Shown: positions 1 to 11,025, counted from the whole stretch's first letter. The stretch is 62,724 nucleotides of DNA, filler included, from 7 parts of 7 records of this genome joined end to end with filler, not necessarily neighbours in it, one strand, 5' to 3'. Notes: generated by a model not told the origin, from the sequence alone. Numbers and translations are program-made.

Positions 1-401
1 TCGATGTCAGATTTTGATATTGAAAATTGGAACAATTGTTATAATATCCTATTTTCATGTAAAATAAAGTAATAGTGTTTTATTTTTTTAAATATCAATT
101 CTACTAAGGTTAAAGAGCCAAAAATAAGGTTATCGAAAAGTCCGCAGGGTACAACGAATTAAGTATAAATAATTTTAAAGACATTACCAGAGATGTGTTA
201 TATCCCATTTTTATAATATTACTGTGCTAACCGTCCAAACGTTTTATTTTAGTATCGACACGTTTATGCAGAATATTCATTTAAAATGATGTTATGATAT
301 CTCTCAGGGCGGTAATTTTTAGGTACATGAATAAGGTAAAGTCAGGAATAATCTCTGGTCAGCAGAAGAGGTCGGAAGGGTGCACGTTTTATTTTTTCAT
401 T

Positions 402-450
402 ATTCAAATTGGCCCTCATTCAATAATGAGGGCCAATTTGAATTTCTTTT
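402..450. terminator. Intrinsic terminator-like hairpin just after the TonB receptor stop
   Basis: Perfect 19-bp stem attcaaattggccctcatt / aatgagggccaatttgaat with a 4-nt loop. The T-tract (ttcttttt) is on the + side. Confidence 0.65.
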
Positions 451-2826
451 TTAATGCCCAATGGAAAGTCCTACAAGAAATCGTCGTGGAACTGTAGGCC
501 CATAAACATAACCCGCGTCCCGCGCAACACCTTTATCAAAATCATCCTGAAAGGCATTTGTGATGTTATAAACACCGGCAGACAATTTAACAAAGGAATG
601 CCCTGATAATATTGGCAATTTATAGGAACAGTTCAGGTCAAAAGTCAGGAACGAATCGGTATGTTCCAGACGATCATCAACTATATAACCAGCATAATGA
701 GGCATATACATTCGACCGGTATAATTTGTTGCAAAGAGCATATTCATACGACTGGACATGTCGTAGGACAGACTCACAAATCCGTAAAGATTGGGTGTCC
801 TGAAAATATTTTTAGAATTAAAATCAGGCTCTGCCTCGTCCCATTCGCTTTTTTGCCAGGTCAATCCACCTGTGAGAACAATGCTTCTTAATTGCAGCCC
901 TATTTCAGCCTCAATACCTCTCACCCGGGCACCTTCACCATTAATACGATAAAATTCAAACTCTTCCGTATTCGGATCATCCATTTCATCCAGCATAAAG
1001 GTATTGGAAAGGCCGGTGTAAAATCCACTCAGGCTCACTCGTAGTCCCAAATCTGAAATAATGTCCTGATATTCAAATCCACCATACCAGGTTGTACTTC
1101 GTTCTTCTTTGAGATCATCTGTATTGCGTATAATCTGTCCCTCACCACCTACCTGGGTAATGTGTAAATCCTCATCAAACACCTGAGGTGGTTTAAAACC
1201 GGTAGAAACACCACCCCTGAAAGTCAAGTCCTCCAAAAAGGCCCACTTTAAAACAGCACGGGGACTCAAAATGGCATTATTTAATTCAGAGTGTTTATCA
1301 AGACGTGTACCAAAAATCAGTTCAGCTGTCCTGTTATCATCCAAAGGTACCTGATCCTGAAGAATGACACCCATATTTGAATAATCATCATCAATAATAC
1401 GACTGTAGGCTATTGCTTCATCCTTCAAACTCTCCATTTGATATTGTACACCAGCTGTCAGAAGATGACGACTTAATCTGTAATTTATCTGCAAACCGGT
1501 TATATAAAGTGGATTTGTTGTTTGACCATAGGCATTTGGATCCTGCTCTGCGCCATAATAGGTCTCCCGCTCTGTATAGGCAAACGAAAAATAGGCTTTA
1601 TAATCGAAAAGCGCTGTTGGTTTCTGAGTCCAACCTAAAGTACCTCCATATCGCCAGGATTCAATAGCCTCAGCAATGTCAGCCTCATGAGGCGGAAGAT
1701 CAAATTTATTACCACCACGACGATCTTCATGGAGATGATGCACTTTAACATAAAACTCGCCATCCTGCCGTGGCTTGAAATACCAGTTTATGCCAAAAGA
1801 TTCGTTCTCGAGGTTACCAATTTCACTAAAGCCATCTCCATTATGGTCATAATGATCCCGTCTACGAGCCGATGCAAAAACATAACCACTGGAACGTCTT
1901 GAGCGACTCATATGGGACAACGTTAGTCCAACCTGATGATCTGCTTTCCCATTAATGGATCCATTTTTATAATTAACGTTTACATTATTGTGTGTCGGGC
2001 GATTGGTGATCAAATTAACAACACCTGCCACGGCCATGCCACCATAAAGAGCCGATCCTCCACCTTTGACGACTTCAACACGTTCAATCATCTCTTCAGG
2101 AAATTGCTCTAATCCATATACGCCTGCCAAACTACTGATAACCGGATCACTATCCACTAAAATTTGCGAGTAATGACCTTCCAGGCCTAATAGACGAACC
2201 TGAGTAAAATTACAGTTTTGACAATTATTTTCCACACGTACACCTGTTTGTAAGGATAACACATCGGCAAGATTTTCTGAGTTCCTGGCTTCTATTATTC
2301 TTCTGGAAATAACGGTTGTTTTAACTGGCACATTTTTATACAGTTTTGGTGTACCCGTTCCGGTAACAACAATTTCATTCATTTCAAATACAGATTCATT
2401 TAGAGCAAAATTCAGTTGTGCCGTTTGTCCCGGGTCCAGTTTTATTTCCTGCTCCATTAGTTCATAACCCATCATCGAAGCACGAATTGTATATGTTCCC
2501 ACCGGAAGACGCTTTATGCAAAAGCTACCATCTTTATTTGTAGCCGAACCTAAATTCGTATCAACAATATTCACATTTACACCAGGAAGCGCCTCATTTG
2601 TTTTCGAATCTTTGATTGTTCCGGTTATTATGCATTTCTTTGCCTGTTTTCCGAATCTGTTTCTATTTTGATGGCGTCTTCCTCGATGCTGTCTATGAAT
2701 AGAGGAATTATCTTCCACCTGAATTTGCTTTTTTACAGTTTTGTCGTTTAAATTTTGAGCATAAATGATATTATTAAAAAAAAGAATCGCACATATAATT
2801 ATACTAACCACTTTATATTTTAACAT
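451..2826 (-). CDS. TonB-dependent receptor (carboxypeptidase-regulatory-like N-domain, plug with CxxC, beta-barrel)
   Basis: Signal peptide; ITGTIKDSKTNEALPGVNV domain; EIVVTGT TonB-box region; plug NNCQNCNFTQVRLLGL...IERVEVVKGGGSALYG; C-terminal YNITN...YVYGP. GGAGG precedes the ATG at 2826. Confidence 0.93.
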   Translation of the reverse strand: MLKYKVVSIIICAILFFNNIIYAQNLNDKTVKKQIQVEDNSSIHRQHRGRRHQNRNRFGKQAKKCIITGTIKDSKTNEALPGVNVNIVDTNLGSATNKDGSFCIKRLPVGTYTIRASMMGYELMEQEIKLDPGQTAQLNFALNESVFEMNEIVVTGTGTPKLYKNVPVKTTVISRRIIEARNSENLADVLSLQTGVRVENNCQNCNFTQVRLLGLEGHYSQILVDSDPVISSLAGVYGLEQFPEEMIERVEVVKGGGSALYGGMAVAGVVNLITNRPTHNNVNVNYKNGSINGKADHQVGLTLSHMSRSRRSSGYVFASARRRDHYDHNGDGFSEIGNLENESFGINWYFKPRQDGEFYVKVHHLHEDRRGGNKFDLPPHEADIAEAIESWRYGGTLGWTQKPTALFDYKAYFSFAYTERETYYGAEQDPNAYGQTTNPLYITGLQINYRLSRHLLTAGVQYQMESLKDEAIAYSRIIDDDYSNMGVILQDQVPLDDNRTAELIFGTRLDKHSELNNAILSPRAVLKWAFLEDLTFRGGVSTGFKPPQVFDEDLHITQVGGEGQIIRNTDDLKEERSTTWYGGFEYQDIISDLGLRVSLSGFYTGLSNTFMLDEMDDPNTEEFEFYRINGEGARVRGIEAEIGLQLRSIVLTGGLTWQKSEWDEAEPDFNSKNIFRTPNLYGFVSLSYDMSSRMNMLFATNYTGRMYMPHYAGYIVDDRLEHTDSFLTFDLNCSYKLPILSGHSFVKLSAGVYNITNAFQDDFDKGVARDAGYVYGPTVPRRFLVGLSIGH

Positions 2827-3148
2827 GTATACCTCCATGCATATAAGCTATTTTATAAATGAATAATTTTAAATTCGTTTATTGATACCATTCCGCAGGA
2901 TATTTCTATCCTGTGAACACAACTTGTTCACACTCTGATAGAAATAGAAAGTAATGTTCTTTCAATTACGCAAAAATCAAAAATAATAAATGAGTTATAT
3001 CCAAAAGGATATTGCACTTCACAAATGAATTCTCTAAAAATGAACTCACATCAGGAAATATATTGGTTCCCAGATGGATTTCACCAGGATTTTATATTCA
3101 CTTTCAGCAAATAATTACGAAACAGACAAAAAGATGTGTTTTTATTTG

Positions 3149-3520
3149 TTAGTTGTGGAGTAAAACAGGAGGAGCTCTTAGATGGACGGAAGAAAAGATG
3201 TCAAATGGAGTAGGTATTTTTACACATTTTATTTTTCTCTTGTTGGTTTGTGGAAGGAAAAAGAGAAAAATAAACAGAGTGATAAATAACGAGAATAATA
3301 GAGTGATTAAAATTTCATAAATGACAAACTGTGTTTTTGTATGAGTATGCTTTTGATCCGGAGACGAACTGTTTTCACCGCTGGCATAAGGGTGGGCATG
3401 AAAAATCACATGACCGTTTTCATCAGTATGGTAATGGCCGTTAAAAAAGGCATTATAACTTGACAAGAAAAAGGCAAAAAATAGTATAAATATGAAAATT
3501 ATTTTAAATTTATTATTCAT
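3149..3520 (-). CDS. His-rich membrane protein with C-terminal RAPP motif (candidate metal-responsive arrest-peptide uORF)
   Basis: Hydrophobic N-terminus, GHYHTDENGHVIFHAHP and HTHT motifs, a second TM segment, ends HLRAPPVLLHN. Co-oriented upstream of the TonB receptor. Confidence 0.75.
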   Translation of the reverse strand: MNNKFKIIFIFILFFAFFLSSYNAFFNGHYHTDENGHVIFHAHPYASGENSSSPDQKHTHTKTQFVIYEILITLLFSLFITLFIFLFFLPQTNKRKIKCVKIPTPFDIFSSVHLRAPPVLLHN

Positions 3521-3615
3521 TTCTATTATGGGTCTGTGAGGTTGGACATCTTAACAAAAAAAAATATATGAAATCTTTATTGAATTTTCAAGAAAAAGTT
3601 GGGATATCAAACTTT

Positions 3616-6600
3616 TTATGACCTCACTTCCTTCATTTCAGAATATGCCGGCCCAACCTCCCTAACGGTTTTAGTTTTATGAAATAGCAACTTTAGATCA
3701 CTGATGGCATAAAGTGCTGATGGTAACATCAATAACGTCAAAAAGGTACCAAATATTAAACCAAACGCCACCGAAACAGCCATTGGCACTAAAAACTGAC
3801 CTTGTTCACTTCTTAACAAAATAATAGGCGCTAATCCTGCGGCTGTGGTGATTGTCGTGAGTACGATCGGTCTGAATCTGGACATGGCAGCCTCGAATAA
3901 CGCGTCATCCAAGTCGCTCCCCTTTTTAGCTAAATTATTATACCTGTCAACAAGAACGACAGAATCATTAATAATAATACCTGCCAGGGCCACGAGACCG
4001 AGAAAAGAGATGATAGACATGGGTATGCCAATGATATAATGACCGATCACAGCTCCAATAACACCTAGCGGGATGAGACCCATTATCAGTAATGTTTGCA
4101 AATAAGACTTTAATAAAAACATGAGAATTGTAAACATGACCACCAATGCAATGGCAAAGGAATAGATCATCGAGTCTACCATTTTCGCAACTTCTTCCGA
4201 TTGCCCTCCATAACTTCTTTTAACGCCATCAACCTGAGCAAGAACTCCCGGAATCACCTCCGCGTCCAATTCTTTTAAAACAACAGCCAGGTCGTTTTGA
4301 GAATAATCCAGGTTCGCGTACACCATAATGGAGCGCTCGCCGTTCTCATGTCTGATCCTTCTCAAACCACGTTGTATTGTAAAGGTAGCCACTTCTTTAA
4401 ATGGGACATATTCACCTGCGGGCGTGATAACCTTGAGCGCTTCGATTTGACTGATCGAAACCCGGTCTTCTTTTTTGAACCGAACCCATACCTTGAGCTC
4501 ATCCCGTCCACGCTGTAATCGCATGACTTCCTGACCATAAAAGCCTTGACGTAGTTGTGACGTCAAATCTCTTAGTGTAAAACCCAACGCCTTTCCTTTT
4601 GGCTTTAATGTTACGACAAATTCATTGTTGCCAAGAGGAGTATCATCACGGATATCTTTAACCCCGGCAATGGTTTTCAATTCCTCTTTCAGGTATTCTT
4701 TTGCCTTCAACAGTTGTCGATAATCCGTACTTTTCAACTTGACGGAAATGGGACTACCACCGAAGGACCAGCCTCCGACTGTAATGTTTTCCGCTTCCGG
4801 CACAGATCCTATATATTCGCTCAATGCATCTGAAAATTCGCCGATCGAATAAGTCCTTTCACCTGAAGAGGGTAAAACAAAAAAGATGTTGATCGTGCCA
4901 CCAAACATCCATGAGGTAAAATTTTGAATGGGATTTTTGTGATCCTCTTCATCACTACGCCAGGATGTTGAAAATTCCAGAGCCTTGTCTATAAGTTTAT
5001 ATCTGATGGTATTGGCAACCTCCGCGGACATGCCCGCAGGCACTTCAACCTGAATCCTTGCATAAGGAGGCTCCAGGGCCGGAAAAAACTGGGCTCTAAC
5101 ATGCGATCCCTTTAATAATCCTGTTATGATCATCAAAACTGTCAGGACGACAGCAAGTAGTGCCCATCGGTTTTTTAAACTAAATTTTAATATCCTGCTG
5201 TATACACGATTTAATATATAATCTGCAGTCTTGTTTGTAAATTGACGGGCTTTGTCAAAGGAAGTGTTGCCCACGGATTTTATTTTCAGTGCCCTGGAAT
5301 GTGAAATGTGTGTGGGGAGGATAATTAATGCTTCTATGAGAGAAAATAAAAGAGAAATTATAACAACAGCCGCGATTTGCCACACATGTTTGCCCAGCAT
5401 TCCATAAAAATAAAAATAGGGAATGAATGCGACGATAGTCGTGAAAACGGAAATTGTAACTGGTTTAATAACATCCATCGTCCCATCAACAGCAGCCTGA
5501 ATGGGGCTCTTGCCGTACTTTTCCCATTGTGAATAAATACTCTCACCTATAATGATACCATCATCAACAAGGATTCCAATCACCATGATCATACCGAACA
5601 GGCTCATTTCATTGATGCTGATATCAAGCGCCCATAAAACAAAAAACATCCCCAAAAGTGATATTGGGATCCCTAAAGCAACCCAAAAGATAATCGTGTA
5701 TTTAGAAAAATACCCAGCATTACCAACACTAAAACCAGACCCAATAGACCGTTCATGCTCATCAGGTGGATTCGTTCCTCAAGATCATCGGTCTCTTTAA
5801 TAAATGTATTAAATTCAACAAGCCCGGCATATTTTTTTTCATACTCTGCAGCCAGTTTTTCAGTTATGTCAACAATTTCAACCACATCTTCATTGTTATT
5901 ATACATGACGTTAAACGAAACAGATCGTCGTCCATTGTACTCAGAAAAATCGGTTCTCCGGCCATTGCTCCTGGACGGTGCAGATATCAGAGAGAACAAT
6001 CTTTTGACCATTAATGGAGGATAAAATTTCTATATTTTCAAGTTCAATTGCCTCGTATTTCTTATTATACGCACGTATAAGTATCTCTTCCTGATCCGTT
6101 AATACAGAACCGGACGATATATTTAAATTATAATTACGAATGGCCTGAGCAATATCATTGATTGTTAATTTGTAACGAATCAGATCATCCGGCGAAATCT
6201 CTATTGAAAACTCTCTGGCCGGCAATCCCCAGGTAAACGTATTGGATATTTTTCCGGTGGCGTATAAATCGTCTCTAAACTCTTCGATGATTTTTTTCAG
6301 GGTAAATAAATCCTCAGGCCCATAAATACTCAGCATGATAGCCCGGTTCCACTGGGTTGTTTGATATATTACCGGTTTTTCTGCACCTGTTGGATAAGAG
6401 TTGATGGAATTCACCGAATTTTTTATATTCTGAATCGCTTTGTTCATATCATAACCGGGGATAATCTGCACTTCCAATGAACCATAATTATCCATCGAAC
6501 TGGATACAATCTTGTCAATACCTTCAAGTCCGCGCAAACTCTCTTCAATTTTGATAACAATACCCTCTTCAACCTCTAATGCTGAAGCTCCCGGATAAGG

Positions 6601-6750
6601 TACTTCTATTTCAATTTGCTCCAGCTCATATTTTGGATTGACTCGCTTGTTTAAATTAAAAAGAGCAAATAGTCCCGCAAGGCAAATAACCAGCATCACC
6701 CAATTAGTTATAACGGAATGTTTTATAAAATAAAGAGTAATATTTTTCAC
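3616..6750 (-). CDS. RND (AcrB/AcrD/AcrF family) efflux permease, split into three ORFs by two frameshifts
   Basis: ORFs 5941-6750, 5673-6011 and 3616-5655 join to about 1040 aa. Motifs YPGASALEVEEGI, GILVDDGIIIGE, GIIINDSVVLVD and SRFRPIVLTTITT. Confidence 0.92.
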
Positions 6751-6833
6751 TTTTTAGGACCTGTTAAAATACATAAACTCTGCATGACAACCATAATGAT
6801 TTTGTTTACTAGGATCCAATTATATGGAATCGT

Positions 6834-8020
6834 TTATTTCGTATCTGGTTGCACTGCCTGTATTTCTTTATTACTTGCCGCCTCCCCGCTGGCAGGCTGA
6901 ATCCTCATACCAACGAGCGGTTTCTGTAAAACAGTGGTCACAAGGATCGTCGCGTCCGGAATGGTATTACGAATGACCGCAACATCATTCTGAATTGTCA
7001 CCACATCAACCTTTTGACGGTTTAATGCTCCATCCACAAGTGTAAACACATGATTTTCATTATCCACAAGGTATCTTGGGATCGTGGCGACATTTTTATA
7101 TTTTCTCCCCTGTATCCTGGCGTGCACATAATTGCCTGGCAAAAAATAGGAACTTAATTTATCATTTTTGAACGATACATAGACATTAACCGTTTGGGAG
7201 TTCCTGTCCAGCTTGGTGTCCTTTCGGAGTATTTTGCCAGCCAAAACCTCACCGGTTTTTTCCGAATAAATGTCAACTGCCGGCACTTTTGCGAATTCGA
7301 TTTTATTTATTTCATCTGCTAATAACGGAACTGCCATTTCAAGATTCCTCGCATCCTCCAGGGTAAACAAATGTTGGCCTCTGGTAACAAAACTGTTTTT
7401 TATAATACCATTGGACCGTATAAACCCGTCAAAAGGCGCATGGATCTTGTATTTTGACAAAAGAATTTCCTGATTTTTTACAGCATAATATTTGCTGAAA
7501 ATATTCCTTGTGCTGATCTTTATTTTCTCTTGTGAGGTTGTAATTTCAGGCAAATCAGGAACGGGTTGATTTATATCCAATCCTGAAAAAAGGTGAGCCA
7601 TTTTTTATAGATCTGTTGATCTTCTATTTTCAGATCAGGAAGAAGAGTGGCTGTGGCATTTAAAAAATCGGATCTTTTGGCATAGAGATCATTTTCAATT
7701 TCTCGTGCATCTATTTCTAATATTTTTTCATGCTCTTTAACAAAAGTACCATTTTTTAAATTATTTTTCGCATAAAGAACGCGCCCGGTTGCCTCGGAAA
7801 CGGTGTACAACGTTTGGGTAGATTCTATCACCCCATTCCCTTCAATTTCCAGAGCAAGATCACGGAATGTTATGGTTTGCGTCGCAACAATCCTTATTTC
7901 CGGCTTTATATCCCGCTTTTTACTCTCCTTTTCCGTGGAGCCCAATAAGCTTAACCCTAAAAATCCAACTGCCAGGATTGCCACAACGACAAGACCTTTA
8001 ATTATTATTCTTTTCGACAT
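6834..8020 (-). CDS. RND periplasmic adaptor (membrane fusion protein), frameshifted near 7590
   Basis: ORFs 7571-8020 and 6834-7601. N-terminal TM anchor, IHAPFDGFI lipoyl-like motif, FLPGNYV, TIPR. Directly upstream of the RND permease. Confidence 0.88.
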
Positions 8021-8070
8021 TATTTAACCCTAATACATTAAAAATATAACATATGATCCTAATTTATCTT

Positions 8071-8096
8071 AACGTAAAGATGAATCAAAAGTTACA
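8071..8096 (-). promoter_or_regulatory. ECF-sigma-type promoter for the adaptor-RND operon
   Basis: The minus strand reads TGTAAC-N16-CGTT, about 50 nt upstream of the ATG at 8020. Confidence 0.55.
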
Positions 8097-8352
8097 ACTG
8101 TAAAAAATCAAAACAAATTTCAGGATAAACATCTCCTGAAATTCACTTTTTTGTTCAAAGATTCAACATGGGCTGGTACAAAAGGTACCACCCTGACTGG
8201 TACGAAACGTGTCAGGCATGGGGATTTCGAACCAGTCAAAAAAATATTACGTCCACAGCTCATTTATAACCGATTATAATATTTTTTTCATAACTTCTAT
8301 AATATCAATCATGATTGAATTTCTTTTTTCAATTTTTCATATATATAAATTA

Positions 8353-8368
8353 TTGGCACGCCTCTTGC
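8353..8368 (+). promoter_or_regulatory. sigma54 (-24/-12) promoter
   Basis: TTGGCACG-CCTC-TTGC with exact GG-N10-GC spacing, about 50 nt before the ATG at 8421. Confidence 0.75.
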
Positions 8369-8420
8369 CAAAGACAGGATTGAACAAACAATTCATTATA
8401 AAAAAAAGAGAGGTGAAAAA

Positions 8421-8834
8421 ATGAAACGATCCACAACTTTTAGCAGTCTTTTGACACTCGTATTTGTATTTACTCTTTGTGCAGCCGTTTTTGCAAACGA
8501 ACCTGCCGCCACAGAAGCCGATTTTGACAGCCAGAACAACGCAGCCCTGATAAAGTTACTCAAAGACAAAAACCTGGGTATCCGAACCAGCGCAGCTCAA
8601 TTATTAGCCGAAAGAAAATCAACTGAAGCCGTCCAACCTTTAACAGACATGCTCAAATGGGATAGTGACTCTCAAGCCAGAATCATAGCTGCCACGACTC
8701 TTCTGCAAATAGGTAACCAGGAGGTATTAGAAACCGTCAAACTTCAAGCTCAAAATGATATGAACAAGACAGTTCGAACAGTTCTCGCTGGAATCGTTCA
8801 AAAAATGGAAAAACAAAACGCAACCAACCTTTAA
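8421..8834 (+). CDS. Secreted HEAT-repeat protein
   Basis: GAGGTG RBS, signal peptide (AVFA), and repeats LKDKNLGIRTSAAQLL / DSDSQARIIAATTL / DMNKTVRTV. Confidence 0.8.
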   Translation: MKRSTTFSSLLTLVFVFTLCAAVFANEPAATEADFDSQNNAALIKLLKDKNLGIRTSAAQLLAERKSTEAVQPLTDMLKWDSDSQARIIAATTLLQIGNQEVLETVKLQAQNDMNKTVRTVLAGIVQKMEKQNATNL

Positions 8835-8879
8835 AAGGATATGAACGATCAGCACCTTTCTTCTATATACACTCTTACT

Positions 8880-8920
8880 AAAGACAAAAAGGCAGGTTTA
8901 AAACCTGCCTTTTTGTCTTT
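8880..8920. terminator. Bidirectional intrinsic terminator between convergent genes
   Basis: Inverted repeat aaagacaaaaaggcaggttt-a-aaacctgcctttttgtcttt. Confidence 0.85.
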
Positions 8921-8954
8921 CAATATGAAAAATAATTCATTTATTTAAATTCCA

Positions 8955-10038
8955 TTATTTCCTGCCAGAGATATCCTCTTTTATTTTCTTCTGAAGGCGA
9001 TCATCAATATAATGCTCCATAAGGTGAGCCGCTTCATGTGTATGATCCTGTGGCAATCCGACTTTATCAGATAAATACGTCTCCCACAACCTATGTCCCT
9101 GCAAAAGTTTGCGTGCCTGTTGCTGACCATTTACGGTCAAACTGAAATCGCCATGTGAGTGTTTCATTAATCCGGAACGGCTATTTCGAAAAAAGCCAGG
9201 CGAGCCTTCAAAGTCGTTGTACTGGCGCTATCAAACAAATCACGTCGAGTCATTATGGGGCTTTTATCTGTTTCATCTTTCCTTGATAAAGCAAGGAGCA
9301 TGTGATCAGCAGCATATTGAACACCGGATATAAATTGATTGTACAATTTTCCCAAAAGACCATATTTCGGTGAAAAAATAAAAGCCAGGACAAATTGAGC
9401 CCCTGCCGCAATAGTCATGGCACCGGCAATAGAGCTATCCCATATTCCCGCCAGCCAGTATCCAACAATGGAGGATATCGTCCCTACAAGAACAGTGAGA
9501 AACAGCATCACCTTTAACCTTTCTGTAAGCATATAAGCCGTGGCTCCCGGCACAATTAGCATAGCAACGACAAGAATGGCCCCAACTGACTCAAATGCAG
9601 CAACTGTTGTCATCGACACCGCACCCATCAGGATATAGTGTATCAGGGTTGCACTCAAACCAATTGACGTCGCCATTGCCGCATCAAAAGATGCGATCAC
9701 CAGCTCTTTATACAATAGTAAAACAATCAGTAAATCCAGCAAAAAAACAAATCCCAGTATCCAAACCGGGCGTGGGCCCAGCTCGACACCTGAAACAATG
9801 AGAACATCCCACGGAGTATAAGCAATCTCGCCATAAAGGACGCATTCCTGATCCAGATCTATATGGCCGGTAAAAGCTGTAATGAGCACAACACCAATGG
9901 CAAATAACGTGGTAAACACAATACCAATGGAGGCATCTTCCTGCACATGCCATTTCTTGTGCAAAAGTTCAATCAATATGGCTGTGACCAGGCCAAATAT
10001 AGAGGCACCAATGAACATGGGTAATACACTTCGGGATC
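8955..10038 (-). CDS. Mn/Zn/Fe ABC-3 permease fused to a DtxR/MntR-like C-terminal domain (5' truncated; frameshift near 9190)
   Basis: EDASIGIVFTTLFAIG and VGAILVVAMLIVPGATA permease motifs. The downstream ORF 8955-9167 has HRLWETYL...HEAAHLMEH. Confidence 0.85.
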
Positions 10039-10138
10039 NNNNNNNNNNNNNNNNNNNNNNNNNNNNNNNNNNNNNNNNNNNNTTAATTAATTAANNNNNN
10101 NNNNNNNNNNNNNNNNNNNNNNNNNNNNNNNNNNNNNN
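10039..10138. other. Artificial contig spacer
   Basis: 44 N + TTAATTAATTAA + 44 N. Composition changes across it. Confidence 0.98.
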
Positions 10139-10651
10139 CAGATCCTTTTCCCGGGTCTGGGAAATCATAAATTTCCGGATTGGCACCAGCGCCTTGTCCA
10201 GGGCCTGTTTCTGATTGATTTCCTTGGCGATCAGCGGCTGCAGCGCATCCTGATTGACCCGTTGCCACACGGGTGCCATCACGTAAAAGGTAAGAAAAAG
10301 CGACAGCCCGATCACGATCTGATTGGGGGGCAACTGATTGGTCCCCATGGCCTGTCGAAGCAATGAGAAAACAATGGCAATACGCGTGAAAGAGGTCAGC
10401 ATGATCAGAATCGACGGCGCCAGACTGATCACCGTCATAAGCAAAAACAGCTGCATGACCATGGCGACTCTGCCCGGATCCGCCTCCTGATCCAGCCCGA
10501 TACTGATCAACGGCGCCGGGGATTGCCCCCAGGCGCTGCCGGCCAGCATGACCAGACCGATCAGGACCACCACCATACCGCCCGGACGGAACATCGCCTG
10601 CAACCTGGCCGATGGCGTACCCATTTGCCGGCGATCAACCACTCGTCTCAC
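10139..10651 (-). CDS. fliP: Flagellar export protein FliP (3' truncated)
   Basis: LAPSILIMLTSFTRIAIVFSLLRQAMGTNQLPPNQIVIGLSLFLT. Confidence 0.95.
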
Positions 10652-11025
10652 GACTCGTCCTTTCCCTTGCGCCGCTGACCGATACGCCTCATGCGGTCAC
10701 TTAAGAGTGATCCGAATGGTTTGGCGTCGCTTTTCGCAACCGGAGTGTCGACGATGTCCTCATCTATCGTATCCAACAGGTTGATGCGATCCGCACAAAT
10801 GCCAAGTACCAATATTTTTCCCGGTACGTGAACCAAGGCGATGCTTTTCTTGACCCCCATGTAATGGCTCTCCAGGACGTGGATGCGCTTCGCGCCGACA
10901 GTTCCCATGCGCTGACCGGTCATCTTCCTGAACCCATAGAGTAGACATAGAATCAGCACCAGCACCACGCCCAGCGCCGCGATCATTTTCAGCCCAGCCG
11001 TAATCATATCCGGAGCGGCATTCAT
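10648..11025 (-). CDS. fliO: Flagellar biosynthesis protein FliO
   Basis: One TM segment, then IHVLESHYMGVKKSIALVHVPGKILVLG. Lies between fliN and fliP; ATG at 11025. Confidence 0.85.
   Translation of the reverse strand: MNAAPDMITAGLKMIAALGVVLVLILCLLYGFRKMTGQRMGTVGAKRIHVLESHYMGVKKSIALVHVPGKILVLGICADRINLLDTIDEDIVDTPVAKSDAKPFGSLLSDRMRRIGQRRKGKDES

Noticed and set aside
1-58. Possible gene start on the minus strand (MKIGYYNNCSNF...)
   Set aside because: Only 19 codons are visible, with no clear RBS or motif.
5673-7601. Programmed frameshifting or phase variation in the RND operon
   Set aside because: Indistinguishable from the window-wide homopolymer indel pattern; no stimulatory structure seen.
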